Of a stretch of 64,000 nt of DNA, positions 1-12,000 are shown piece after piece. The translations under genes were made by a program, and so were the position numbers. The stretch comes from a virus: positions 64,001 to 128,000 of the IMG/VR virus record IMGVR_UViG_3300025660_000003. One strand, written 5' to 3'. Below the pieces are notes generated by a model that worked only from the letters and a program-made list of their open reading frames with translations, did no database searches and had not been told where the DNA came from. How positions within the stretch are numbered: position 1 is the stretch's first letter; each line of letters begins with the position of its first letter.

Positions 1-1369
1 CGACGACGTGTACCAGGGCAGCTACCGCTACCGCACGTCCGACAAGTTCGTGATGACCCGCCAGCCCGTCATCTCGGTGACCAGCTTCGTCGGTGCGCAG
101 ACCGGAGCACTGGTCGAGGGCGTCTACGACCTCTTCCGGGCGTCTGACCCGCTGGAGCTGGGCCGCTCCACGAACGCAGGCGACTACGTGCAGGTCACGG
201 AGCCCCTGACATCCGGGGCCACCATCCCCTCATCCACGCCGATCACGGTGCCCGGCGAGGCCCACACGATGCTCGACGGCATCGAGTACCTGGGCAACCT
301 GGGTGCCAACTTCTTGACGGTTCGGGTGTGGAACACCGAGCGGACCATCGAGTACAACGGCCCGCTTTCCACGGCGACCCGGGACTTCACCATCATCGAC
401 GGGGATGAGACGACTCCGCTCGGCCTCCAGCTCACGGACGGCAGCCGCATCGTTGAGGGTCAGTCGGTGCTGGTGGCCTACTCGCACGACGAGAACTTCG
501 TCATCGAGTATCTGAGCAACGCGGTCGTCCGTGTCGTCCAGGAGAACATCGACAACGACTCCCACATCACGGCGGACGCCATCGCCAAGTGGGCGGTCGA
601 TGTCCCGGTGAACTTCACCGCCACCATCGTCCTGCTGGCGAACACGGACGCCAACGTGGTGGACGGGCTCGTTCGTACAGCCCTGGCTCGCCTGTTCAAC
701 ACCTTCGGCCTGGGCACGGCCGTCCGGCAGTCCGACGTGATTCGCGCGATTGATGCCGTCGTCGGGGTGAGCTACGTCATCACCCCCTTGACGCTCATGG
801 TCCGGGGCGACGGAGCCCAGATCGTCCGCGAGGTGGTCACCACCGATACGGACACCGACGCGACGCTGGTGACGACATGGTCATCTCCCACCGTCTCCGT
901 CTACCTCCTCGTCAACGCTCTGGACGCGGCAACTTCAAACGCAGGTGGGCTGGTCAAGGAGTTCAGGGGTGTTTTCCAGGACGAAGTTCGGCTCATCCAC
1001 CACGAGACGGCCCCGAACGTCAACGGCTTCCCGCTCCGGGGCTCCACAGGCGGCAGCTTCATCATCGGCAAGGACGGGCTCAACATCCCCGGCATCAGCG
1101 ACGACACGACCATCACGGCCGACAACGTCCTGCCGACCAACCCCGACGAGAAGGCCGCCGAGATCCTCCGCATCCGCAAGGCCCTGACGGCGAACCGGGT
1201 GCTGGCGAGCTTCGTGCCTGGTGGCGACATCCCGGACAGCCCGAAGCAGCACGACTACACGGTGACCTACGTGGTCAACGGCGACACCGGGGTCAAGAAC
1301 ATCGAGCCCGGCCCCATCGAGTACCTGGTCATCGGTGACCTCAACTTCGTCTACGACGAGCGGACCTGA
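1..1369 (+). CDS. Baseplate wedge protein (baseplate J / T4 gp6-like), 5'-truncated
   Basis: Reading frame continues to the window edge; segment VRTALARLFNTFGLGTAVRQSDVIRAIDAVVGVSYV resembles the baseplate J C-terminal domain. Confidence 0.7.
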   Translation, partial: DDVYQGSYRYRTSDKFVMTRQPVISVTSFVGAQTGALVEGVYDLFRASDPLELGRSTNAGDYVQVTEPLTSGATIPSSTPITVPGEAHTMLDGIEYLGNLGANFLTVRVWNTERTIEYNGPLSTATRDFTIIDGDETTPLGLQLTDGSRIVEGQSVLVAYSHDENFVIEYLSNAVVRVVQENIDNDSHITADAIAKWAVDVPVNFTATIVLLANTDANVVDGLVRTALARLFNTFGLGTAVRQSDVIRAIDAVVGVSYVITPLTLMVRGDGAQIVREVVTTDTDTDATLVTTWSSPTVSVYLLVNALDAATSNAGGLVKEFRGVFQDEVRLIHHETAPNVNGFPLRGSTGGSFIIGKDGLNIPGISDDTTITADNVLPTNPDEKAAEILRIRKALTANRVLASFVPGGDIPDSPKQHDYTVTYVVNGDTGVKNIEPGPIEYLVIGDLNFVYDERT

Positions 1370-2775
1370 TGGCGGACAAGCCGACTACCCCGACCCTGCT
1401 GCCGACGCTGCTGGAGCAGAACCCTGCTCCCGTGGGCGGGTCGGGCCAGGACCGGATCACGACGCGACGCGAGCAGGTGGACAGCATCATGTCTGTCTTC
1501 ATGCAGGTGCTCCCGTCGAACTACGTCGCGCAGGTGCAGGGGCCGTTCTACACCGTCCAGTTCCAGGCAGCCGCAGAGGCCATCGCCGACTTCCAGATCA
1601 CCGCGCAGGAGGCCTTCAGCGACTCCGACTACGACTTCATGCGCGGCGAGTTCCTGTTCCAGCTCCTCGGCTCCCTCGTCTTCCCCGATGCGTCGAGCGA
1701 CGGCTACCCCACGCTCAAGGGCGACCTGACCTACCGCGAGTTCCTGAAGCGGATGGTGCTCCTGCTGCTCCAGGGAGCCACCAAGGACACGGTAGAGAGT
1801 GGCCTGGAGCTGCTCTCGGACGCGACGTTCGCGGTCATCGAGAAGGTCATCGCGGCCCGGGACACCAAGAAGAGGGTCTTCAACGAGGCCACGGGCTCCT
1901 ACGACGTGGTGCCCGGCTCCGCGTGGGGCCTGGACGACCAGTTCGAGTTCGAGATCAACGTCACCCACGTCGATCCGACCACGGGGCTCCAGCGGTTCCC
2001 CGAAGAGCCCTTCGTCCTCTCGGAGAACGTCCGCATCGTCATGCGGGCTTTGAAGCCTGCCCACACCCTCTACGAGTACCGGCACCTCTTCACAGAGGCA
2101 TTCGGAGCCATGTTCGACGGCTCCGTGTCATGGGATCTGTCGAGCTACTACTACGCCGACTTCCGCCGCTTCTGCTGCGGGGCGAAGAATGTGACCGGGA
2201 CCACTGGCATCACCTGGGCTGACCGGACGCTCTTCAGCGATTCATCCCGCGAGTTCGACCAGATCAAGGCCGGAGCTGACCTGGTGGTCACGACCGGGCC
2301 GAACAGTATCCACGCAGGCGGGACCGAAGGCACGGTGGCGTCCACAGACCGCCGCCACATCGGCCGCTACCGGGTCAAGGACGTACTGACCTTCCCGGTA
2401 GGCACGGACACCACCGCGAGGGCCTACACGACCTCTGGTGGCCTCTCAGGCACCGCCACGGTGGTCGGGAACGTGGTCGAGGACACAGCTCAGGACTGGA
2501 GCCTGGCGGCCAAGGGCGCGACCTTGACGTTCACGGAGGGGCCGAACGCAGGGACGTACCGGCTCAAGGCTGTGCTGGGGAACTTCGGAGGTCCCGTGGG
2601 CGAGGCTCCTGGGCCAGGGACACGGGTACAGGTGGCTTCGAGCCTCCTGCGAATCGAACGACGAATGAAGCAAGCGACATCGGGTCAGAGCTACACGGTG
2701 ACGGTAGACCGTCTCGGTGTGCAGGAGCCCCATGCGGTGACGGGGGAAGATGCTTCCATCTACTTCGTCCTGTAG
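1369..2775 (+). CDS. Putative baseplate protein (P2 gpI / tail-associated-like), 468 aa
   Basis: TGATG coupling to baseplate J-like gene; YREFL..LLLQGATK and ALKPAHT segments resemble wedge partner proteins. Confidence 0.55.
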   Translation: MADKPTTPTLLPTLLEQNPAPVGGSGQDRITTRREQVDSIMSVFMQVLPSNYVAQVQGPFYTVQFQAAAEAIADFQITAQEAFSDSDYDFMRGEFLFQLLGSLVFPDASSDGYPTLKGDLTYREFLKRMVLLLLQGATKDTVESGLELLSDATFAVIEKVIAARDTKKRVFNEATGSYDVVPGSAWGLDDQFEFEINVTHVDPTTGLQRFPEEPFVLSENVRIVMRALKPAHTLYEYRHLFTEAFGAMFDGSVSWDLSSYYYADFRRFCCGAKNVTGTTGITWADRTLFSDSSREFDQIKAGADLVVTTGPNSIHAGGTEGTVASTDRRHIGRYRVKDVLTFPVGTDTTARAYTTSGGLSGTATVVGNVVEDTAQDWSLAAKGATLTFTEGPNAGTYRLKAVLGNFGGPVGEAPGPGTRVQVASSLLRIERRMKQATSGQSYTVTVDRLGVQEPHAVTGEDASIYFVL

Positions 2776-2788
2776 CTGCCAAGAATCA

Positions 2789-2795
2789 GCCTATA
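2789..2795 (+). promoter_or_regulatory. Putative late promoter element GCCTATA
   Basis: Same GCCTAT core as in three other intergenic gaps; lacks the upstream CGGT. Confidence 0.45.
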
Positions 2796-2838
2796 CGGCA
2801 GGAGAAGGTGAGGGCCTCGTGCTCCAACGGAGGATCGA

Positions 2839-5800
2839 ATGCCTGCGGTAATCGAAAGCACCCTGTACGAGTCTCCTGGTGGAGCGGTCGTCGCAGGTTC
2901 CACACAGCAGAACAGCCGGGATGATCTCCGGCTGGGCTACCAGGTCACGTTGAACTCGGTGCAGGCGGGCACCACGTACTCCTGGACGCTCGCCTTCGCA
3001 TCGGACTCGCCTGGCACGACGGTTCCGGGCACCCCGTTCGACGGCACCGACTCCGCGTCGTCCCTGCTGCCGCCAGAGGGCAGCACCAGCAAGACCGCGA
3101 AGTTCAACGTGGACTTCGAGGGCACCTACCTCATCCGCCTGACCGTGGACGCCGGGCTCCCGACAGAGTCATCGCAGTTCGTCCGGGCTCGGGTGCTGAC
3201 CCTCTTCGGCTCGCTCAAGCTCATCGCGGCTGGCGAACGACGGGACGAGAACGGCGTCATCCCGGTCGATGCGACCCCAGAGGGCTGGGCGAACGACCAG
3301 AACGCGAACATGCAGCGCATCGGGCTGCTTCTGCGACGGCTCTCGCACTCTGGCCGCATCCTGTTCGTGGACAGCAACCGTGGTCGGGACTTCACCGAAG
3401 ACCAGGACGACTACGACAACGTGCTCTCCCTCCCCGGGCCGGACACGGCCCGGCCGGAAGCGACGGGCATGAAGCTGCGGGCGATGGCCCACGGCGACTT
3501 CTCGTCCATCAACTCAGCCATCGCCTACGCGGCTGCTGCGACAGCTCGCGGCGAGGCGGCTCTGAGCCAGGAGCAGCCTTACGTCATCGTGGTTCGCGAG
3601 GGTCTGTATCAGGAGGACCTGAACCTCACGTCCTTCGTCCACATCGTCGGGGACACCGACACCTTCATTGACATCGACCAGGGCGCGGCCGGGTTCAACA
3701 CCCTGAAGGGCGGGGTCAGCATTCGTCCGGCCCACGTTGCCGGGACTGGTACCCACAGGTTCAACCCGCTCCAGAATGGCGAGAACGCGGAGTGCTACCT
3801 CCTGAACCTCGTCCTGATCGAGATGTCGAACACGACCCTGCCGCTCCTGGAGCAGTTGGGCGGGGCGATGAAGCTCTCCAACTGCATCGTCATTTCGTTC
3901 GGTGATGCCGTCAATCAGGGCGAGGCTCTCCGCTGCGTCGTCTCCAATCCGGCTCACGCCCCCGGCCTCCGGCTGGAGGACAGCTATGTGATGACGCAGG
4001 CCACCACGGCGGACCGGGTCGCTCTGCGGTTCGATGCGACGGGTGGCTCCTGCTACCTCGATCACAGCCAGGTGGTCGCCCCCCAGTGTCAGGGCGTGCT
4101 CGTCAACGAGTCGCTCTACGAGGTCTGCGAGTTCTACGCTCTCCGTCAGACGGAGCTGGGCGCTGTTGCCCCGTACATCGGGTACGCATCCCACCAGTCC
4201 TTCCAGGACAGCGTGGTTGACCCCTTCGGTGGCGGGAACCCCGCCATTGACGTGAGTGCCTTCGGGGCCGGACCTGGCAGCAAGCCTGGGGATGTCATCG
4301 TCGGGGTCAGCGGATGCACTCTGATGGGTGTGGTCTCCTTCGAGACGGCGGCTGCCGTGGGGAACACCCAGCTCATCGGGGCGGGCACCAGCAACGTGCT
4401 GGGTGTGGGTGCCGGTGTCCCCCACATCGTCTTCCCGGATGCTCCTGGCGACATGCCGGACGGCTACGTCGCCATCTTCGATTCGGAGACGGTGAGGTAC
4501 GAGCCCGCCCACGCTGACCCCCTGAAGGGACCGGGTGGGGCCGCAACCATCCCCGGCCCCAACCAGCTCCCGAAGTCGAACGTCCAGGAGGCCATCGACA
4601 TCCTGGTGCAGGCGGTCTTCCCCATCGTCGGGAGCCCCTTCTACTCGCTGCACTCGGCCTACTCCGGCCTGGCGACCCTCAACCCGCCCACGCTGGGCAC
4701 CGGGCTCGGCCGGACCATCATCGCCAACGGTGGTGCGGTCCAGATCACCGGGGGTGTCGCCCCGTTCGCTCTCGACAACGAGCGTAAGGACGGCGGGCTT
4801 CAGACCGAAGGCGTCGTGGACATCGGCGGCCTCATCGGTGGGCCGGGCACCACCCCTCTGGGTCTGGTCGGGCACTCTGAGATCAGCCTCAACCCGAACA
4901 TGATGGGCGTCGGCCCCGTCATCGCTCTCGGGCGGGCCGTATGGACCACTGGTGTCAACGGTGGCGACCGGGGCTTCCCCGGTGCCGTCATCCGTGCGGA
5001 CTCAGCGACAGCTCCGGCACTCCCGACGTTGTCGCCCTACCACCTCCACCTCCGCACGCTTTCGGGGCTGAACTCGAACACGGGTCAGCTCGGGAACATC
5101 TACATCGCCGCAGGCAGCATCGGCGACCCCGCCAGCCCCGACAACCCGGGCCATGTCCACATCAACGGCGGTGGGAACGTCAATGTGGGTGGGAGCACAG
5201 GCGACATCTGGCTCGCTCCTGGTGACCTGTTCGGGGCGGCTGGGTTCGGCAAGGTCTGGTTCGCAGGCACCAACGGCACCCCTACGGTGCTTGTGGCGGG
5301 TGGCCCCTGGATCGGAGGCGTAGGCGGGAACATCGCTATCGGCACGCCGAACGGCGTGGAGTTCTTCACCTTCACGGGTGCAGAGGCCAACATCGCGGCA
5401 GCCATCGCTGTGTTCAACGCAACGGCCAGGGCGTTCATCGCGACAGTGGGTCCTCCGGGCACCATCGCGCTTGTGATGGCCCCCAGCCCGGCCAACGACA
5501 TCGTGTGCCTCGGAGACGACGGCAGCGGGGTGAACGTCAACCTCGGTGACTTCCTCCCGACATCGGCGACATTCACGCCAGGGGCCTACGGCGATCTGGT
5601 CTCTGTGGACGTGCCCCAGAACGGTCGTCTGCGGGTGGACGGTGACCTGGAGGTCACCGGAGCCATCATCGGAGTGATGGACTCCGGCTACAAGTTCATC
5701 ACGGCCGGGATGTCCCCGTTCAGCACGACCACTGAGCACCTGATTCTCGGGGCACAGCTCATCGCTACGCAGGACATCGACATCATCTTGACAGCGGCCT

Positions 5801-5997
5801 ACCCCACGGGGGTCAAAGTCGTCATCAAGGACGAGAACGGCATCGCCAGCGCCTTCCCCGCCCCGATTGGGCAGAGGGTTCACATCACGGACTTCGGCGG
5901 GGCACTGTTCGACGGGGCCGCCGCGTTGAATCTCACGACCAACTTCGCGGCCGTGACGCTCTACAAGAACAGTGCGGGCAACTGGTCGCTCATCTAG
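2839..5997 (+). CDS. Virion structural / tail fibre-like protein, 1052 aa
   Basis: GGAGG RBS; N-terminal PKD/Ig-like segment (GTYLIRLTV), pectin-lyase-like entry (FSSINSAI..IVVREGLYQEDL), SNVQEAIDIL fibre motif, Gly-rich C-terminus. Confidence 0.65.
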   Translation: MPAVIESTLYESPGGAVVAGSTQQNSRDDLRLGYQVTLNSVQAGTTYSWTLAFASDSPGTTVPGTPFDGTDSASSLLPPEGSTSKTAKFNVDFEGTYLIRLTVDAGLPTESSQFVRARVLTLFGSLKLIAAGERRDENGVIPVDATPEGWANDQNANMQRIGLLLRRLSHSGRILFVDSNRGRDFTEDQDDYDNVLSLPGPDTARPEATGMKLRAMAHGDFSSINSAIAYAAAATARGEAALSQEQPYVIVVREGLYQEDLNLTSFVHIVGDTDTFIDIDQGAAGFNTLKGGVSIRPAHVAGTGTHRFNPLQNGENAECYLLNLVLIEMSNTTLPLLEQLGGAMKLSNCIVISFGDAVNQGEALRCVVSNPAHAPGLRLEDSYVMTQATTADRVALRFDATGGSCYLDHSQVVAPQCQGVLVNESLYEVCEFYALRQTELGAVAPYIGYASHQSFQDSVVDPFGGGNPAIDVSAFGAGPGSKPGDVIVGVSGCTLMGVVSFETAAAVGNTQLIGAGTSNVLGVGAGVPHIVFPDAPGDMPDGYVAIFDSETVRYEPAHADPLKGPGGAATIPGPNQLPKSNVQEAIDILVQAVFPIVGSPFYSLHSAYSGLATLNPPTLGTGLGRTIIANGGAVQITGGVAPFALDNERKDGGLQTEGVVDIGGLIGGPGTTPLGLVGHSEISLNPNMMGVGPVIALGRAVWTTGVNGGDRGFPGAVIRADSATAPALPTLSPYHLHLRTLSGLNSNTGQLGNIYIAAGSIGDPASPDNPGHVHINGGGNVNVGGSTGDIWLAPGDLFGAAGFGKVWFAGTNGTPTVLVAGGPWIGGVGGNIAIGTPNGVEFFTFTGAEANIAAAIAVFNATARAFIATVGPPGTIALVMAPSPANDIVCLGDDGSGVNVNLGDFLPTSATFTPGAYGDLVSVDVPQNGRLRVDGDLEVTGAIIGVMDSGYKFITAGMSPFSTTTEHLILGAQLIATQDIDIILTAAYPTGVKVVIKDENGIASAFPAPIGQRVHITDFGGALFDGAAALNLTTNFAAVTLYKNSAGNWSLI

Positions 5998-6015
5998 GCA
6001 GGGGTACGGTGACGA

Positions 6016-9000
6016 ATGGCTTTCACGCCGCCAACGAACCCCGAGGACAGCTACGCACTGAGCCCCTTTGGGTTCGGTCCGTTCCCGCTCCCAGGGGAGT
6101 CGGTTGACGTAGCTCCTCCGCACCCGGTCGGAGGCGGCTACGGCGGTGTCGGCTTCTTGTCGGCGGGCGATCTCCCGGACAACGGCAGCCCCTACGGCCT
6201 GGGCTCCTACGGCTCCCGGTGGTTCAGCCGTCCCAAGGTCAACATCAGCGGCGGCTACGGTGGTGACCCCTACGGCCTGGGCGGCTACGGCAGCACAGAG
6301 GTCACGCCCCCCTACATCTCATCGGCCATCTCGCTCGACGGGTTCACCATCGAGATCTTCTTCAGCGAGGAGGTGGACACCACCAACCCCGCGTTGACCG
6401 ACCCGACCAGCTACACGCTGGAGCCCATCACAGGGGCAGCTCCCGCGACGGTGCTCTCGGTTCACATCGAGAAGCTGGGGTCACTCAATCTGGCGGCTGG
6501 TGACACCATCGTGGGGGCAACCTCCGTCGTCATCACCCACACAGGGACGACCCAGGGCGGGATGTACAAGGCCCACGCCACGGGCCTGACCGACATCGCT
6601 GGCAACCCGATCATCGACGCTGACGCCCCGTTCCTGGCGAAGGGTGAGCCCCCGACCTTCACGGTCAGCCTCCCGGCCCCGGATGCGGGCAACGAGCTGC
6701 TGGTCACCTTCAGCCACCCGATGTTGCAGAATGCGGGTGGCTTCCCGGCCATGGGCAGCTACGACTTCGCGGTAGCCGCCAGCAACCCCTACCCCATCGA
6801 CCTGGTGCCGACGAGCATCGTCGTGGTCAGTCCGACCCAGGTTCGGCTCGGGGTCAAGGGCATGACCTCGTTGAACTACGACCTGACGGTCAGCGAGGCG
6901 TTCGCCTTCGCCTTCGACACGACGCTGGGGCTCCGCAACTGCACCATCTACGAGCAAGGGGCCGGGACCATCACGGAGTCGGCGGGCTACCTGGTCTGGT
7001 CAAGGCCGAAGAATGCGGGCTCATTTGGCCGAGAGTGGCGGGACACCAGCGGCACCATCACCCCGCTGACATCGACCCTGCGAGGTGACTGCACCTTCGA
7101 CTTCAGCAACGCGGCCTTCGACCCGCCGATCTCCATGTTCCCGGCCCCGGAGATCTGCGGCATTGCGATCCAGGACGGTGTGCCAGGCAACGGCATCGCC
7201 GTTTACATCACTCTCCAGCAGAGCATCACCGGGGTCGAGCAGATCCGAATGCAGTCGGGCACCTTCGACATGACGGTGGATGCCACCTGGTCGGACGCGG
7301 TTCACACGATCTCCTTTGTGCGGAACATGCAGGCGGGCATCGTCACCTTCTTGCTAGACGAGCAGCCGCTCACCTCCACTGCGATTGCGAACGTGGACGG
7401 CCCGGCAGATTCCCAGGCGGCCATCCGCTTCGGCTTCTACGGTGGCGGATGGGACATCAGCGGGGTGCGGCTCCACAGCGTCATCCTCACCAGCTCCACG
7501 ACGGTCTTCTCGTCTGCTTGGAACTTCCTGCACGGCCAGATCGGTCAGTTCCTTGGCTCCGACGTACTGACCCGTGACCGACTGCTGACGCAGCGAGGCC
7601 CGCTGGTCAAGGGCTGGGGTGACGCGACCCCAGCGACCGAAGCTGATGTCGCTGTGGTCATCAACGGCACGGCGGTCTCGGTAGCCGAGGTGAACCCCTA
7701 CATCGGCGGCATCGTCATGGCGGTCCCGGTGCCGCTCCTCCCGCTAGGCGACCCGCAGAGCAGCGTGGCGGTGGACTACAAGTGGTTCAAGAGCCCCGTC
7801 ATGGAGCTGGCCGGGTTGAACACCCTCGGCCTGGTGCTCAACAAGTTCGACTGCGCCCGCAGAGGCCACCACGACCCGGCAGCCCACGGCGATCAGGTCC
7901 AGGTTCTTCCGGGACAGCCCGACTTCATGGCGAATCCCGGCGAGCCCAAGGGAGCCGTGGACATCCACCGCTTCCCGATGAGCGTGGTCCTCGGGCCGAT
8001 GAGCCGGAGCGAACCGCTCTACATCGGCCACCGCTACATGGGGTTCGAGCGGGCGTACTCAGCTCTGACCAACAGCCCGACCACCCTGCTGCTCAACCAG
8101 GCCCCAGGGCGCGTCTCCGTGCCCGGCTTCGAGCGGGAGGTAGCAGGGGTCAGTGTGGCCTACGAAGGGCTCGTGAAGCCCGTAGACGCCGCTCCTGCGT
8201 GGGCTCTGGATGGAGCTGACTACGGGGCGGTGGACCACGATGCCGACGCCGGGATCGACCTTGGGACCTACACGATCATCGACCCCATCGTGGGGGATGC
8301 AGGGCCGACCGAGACGGCAACGGTCTACCACCGGGGCCTGGATCTCACATACCCGTCGAGCATCAACCTGGTGGCCCGCTTCCAGACGGCAGCTACGGCC
8401 TTGTTCGACACGGACCACGTCGCCCCTTCCCCGGCTCCGACCGGGCTGGTGACGGTCCCCACGGCTGATGGTGTGTTCACGGGGGTCGGGTTCGGCATCC
8501 ACGACAACCGGCACCTGTACTTCTGCGGGGTGCTCCTGATCAACGGTGTCGAGCACGTCGGCCTGCTGCTCAACCCGAAGCGCATCCACGAATGGGAGTC
8601 CTGGGCCATCGGGCCGAAGTCCATCCTGACGGCCTCCTCGCAGAGTCGAGGGGTCTTCCCGTCCTCGCAGGTCCCCACGGGGTTCAAGGTCGGGTCGAAG
8701 TTCCAGCGGCTCACGGGCACACAGGTCGGGGTCTACACGGCGACGAGCGTTGTGGCTCAGAGCGACGGCACAACCACCGTGGATTTCACGCCCGAACTTC
8801 CGTCGCCCTGGGACATCTACGGAAACAAGTACACGGAGGTCGTATTCGAGACGCGGGCGAGCCTCAAGCCGTTCACCTATCGGCTCGACCTCGACACGGA
8901 CCAGCAGGTCGCAGAGCTGCGGATCTCCGGGGAGACGCGGGGGGTGGTCACCCGCATCGACGGCAACGTGCCTCCGGTCCCCGTGGCAGCTCAGACATCG

Positions 9001-12000
9001 CTCCTGCTCCCGGAGGAGATCGTCGGCCAGGTCTTCTGGGGGTCGTTGAGCAGGCAGGCGGCGAGCAGGGCCACCTGGTCCTTCATGCGCTACGGCCTCG
9101 TACCCGACCAGGTGTTCATTCAGGGCCACGCGGTCGTCAACAACACGGAGATGTCCGATCTCCCCGAGGACAACCCGGCGGCCGGAGGCGGTCAGTGGTG
9201 GCCGTTGCAGACGTTCGGGACGGCAGAGATCCTGCCGAACGTGGACACCTTGCTGCTCAAGGCCACGTCGGCGAGCAGCGTCTACGACCTGAACTACGGC
9301 TACGTCCGGGTGGAGCCATTCTTCACCCCGGACGCCATCTTCGACTACCGGGCAGGCATCCAGCTCGACTCGACCACCATCGGGGCGGGTGGGGCAGAGC
9401 TGCTCCTAGACGACACGCAGCGACAGACCGTCATCCGCAGCCTCATGGTGCTGGAGAACCTGTCTGCTGACCCCACGGCCTACCGGGGCCTGGTGTCGCT
9501 GCCGCAGGTGAGCCACACCGGGCTCTTCCCGCCCTCCGAGATGGGGTGGGCGGTCGAGTCAGGTGCGACCGTGGTGGGGACGCACGAAGGCGCTCAGATG
9601 GTGGTGGTGCAGAACGCCACCCAGCGGGGCCGATGGACCAACAACCTAGTGTTCGACGCCACCGACCCCAGCATCGTCGATGCAGATGAGGGGCGGGTCT
9701 TCGAGGCACGGCTGGAGGTCAAGGCCCGGACGACCAACGCCAACGGTGACTCCGGCATCGTCTTCGGCGGTCAGGTGCAGGGGGCCGGGGCGGTCTTCGC
9801 GTACATCCGGGTCGAGCTGGCTGGAGCTGTCGGCAGCGAGGTGGTCCGGCTGCGGACGGCTACTGGTGTGCCCATCGGGGAGTACACCTTCGACTGGACG
9901 GGGGAGGCCCACACGTTCCGGCTCCTCGCCAACCGGGTAGCGGACACCGTCACCCTGCTCATCGACGACGTGGTGCAGACCCCAAGTGTCGCGTTCACGG
10001 CCTTCTCCGGGGGCACGAACAACACGGAGGCATTCTTCGGCTGCACGGGTCGGGACGCTGCTGATGTCTTCGACACAGCTCTGACGGCCACGGTGGAGTG
10101 GCATCACGTTCACGCCCACGTCCAGGCTCCGGCAGGTGTCGTGCGGACCATCGGTGTCCTGCGAGGGGTGACGGCCAACGCCTACTCGCAGGACATCAAC
10201 GACTACGAGATCCCCCGCACGGACTCCTCGACGGCTCCGAACTCGTGGGCGACCGGGCCGGTCATCGAGTGGTGGGACTGGCGGCAGCCCATCGAGCTGC
10301 GGGTCTACCGCGATCCCGGCTGGGGCGTCACGGTCTTCCGGCCTGACCTGCCCTTGCCTCCCTACTACGTGCCAGAGGACGGCACGGCCGGGGTGGGCTT
10401 CATCACGGAGTCCAACGAACCTTCGGCGGGCTGGATCAACGTCGAGTACAAGAACCTGCCCCCGACCATGGGTGAGCAGCTCGGGTTCGTGGGCTTCGGC
10501 AGCCTGATCCCCGACGACATCAGCCAGGCCCGGTGGGACTGGGTCCGCTACCGGATGTTCAAGCACCCGACCGAGGACCGCATCGCCCCTGAGCACATGG
10601 TCCTCAACCAGTTCAACGTCATCACGAGCGGGGAGCGGACGCAGGACGTGACCCTGGAGTCGGTCATCGTTCAGACGATGGACAAGACGCGGCTCTCCTT
10701 GCTGCCGACGCACCTGTACGCCGAGTCCATCTACAAGATCATCGACGGTGTGACGATCTGGACGCGGGATTTCTGGACCTTCGATCCGGCATCGCAGCTC
10801 GTCACCCTCCAGCCTGATCCGCTGACGGGAGCCGCACGGGAGTTCTCGGCAGAGCACGCCAACGTCACGGTGATGTTCACGCCCGGCCTGCCGGTCACGA
10901 ACACCTACCTGGGTCTCCAGCCGCTCCTGGACGGGGTGACGCTGCTCAACGAGGGCACGCCTCCGATTCCGATGAGCCAGACGGCCGAGAGCGAGATCGA
11001 GACGGTCTACGGCTCGCATTTGAACGACCCAGAGGACGTGCTCAACGACGACCCGGACTTCGTGCTCAACGACCCGCACAGGACGATCCGTCACAACGAC
11101 GTGGACGGCTCGCTCTACGAGGCCCTGGAGTTCATCGAGGTCAACAACGGCGGGCAGACCGATCTCCTCGCAGCCATCTGCGAGCGTGGTCCCGGCACAG
11201 GCTTCTCCGGGCACTCGCCCACCGAGGGGGAGGACATCTACTCCAAGACCGGCGGTGGAGCAGATCTCGGTGGCGTGGGTGATGTCGCTGACCTGTTCGC
11301 CACGGGCGACAAGGTCGGGATGGCGGTCGGGGCAGAGGTCTTCGACTTCAGCGGGACGATGTTCTGGCACGACACGGCCTTCTTGCCCCAGCCGGACTGG
11401 CAGCAGAAGGGCGGGATGCCTGGCGGGATGCTCTTCGCCTCGGGCGGCAACTTCGTCAACCCGGTGGTGGACGCGAACGGCGACATCATCCCCGGAGCTG
11501 TCGTCGCAGGTGGCGGCACCCTCGGACCAGGCTCAGCAGTCCTGTTCCCCACCTTCCCGGCCAGAGGGCCTGTGGGTGGCGACCAGGGGCGTATCTACCA
11601 GCGCACGGACTGGTACATGAGCCTCCGCTCTGTGCTGGCGACCGGCTCCGGTGGTTCGGCAGGTTCGGCAGGCTCCGCAGGTTCGGCAGGCTCCGCAGGT
11701 GGTGGTGGTGCGGTCGAAACTCCGCTGGACGAAGACTGGACGGCATCCGGGTGGGACACCGACGCCCCGAGCGGTCCCGACACGCAGGTCGTCAACCCGA
11801 CCGGGGTGACCAATCCCCTTGGTGCGGCTATCGGGTACATGCTCGGGGCAGGCGACTACTCTCGCTACGGTCCGTGGGGTGGTCTGGGTGCTCTGTCGGC
11901 CGCCAGGGACAGCGGGAGCTTCGTGTTCGTGGTCTCGCTCGAAGAAAACGACCGGGTCATGCTCTGGAACCGGACCACCCTCAGTCCACATCCCTTCGTT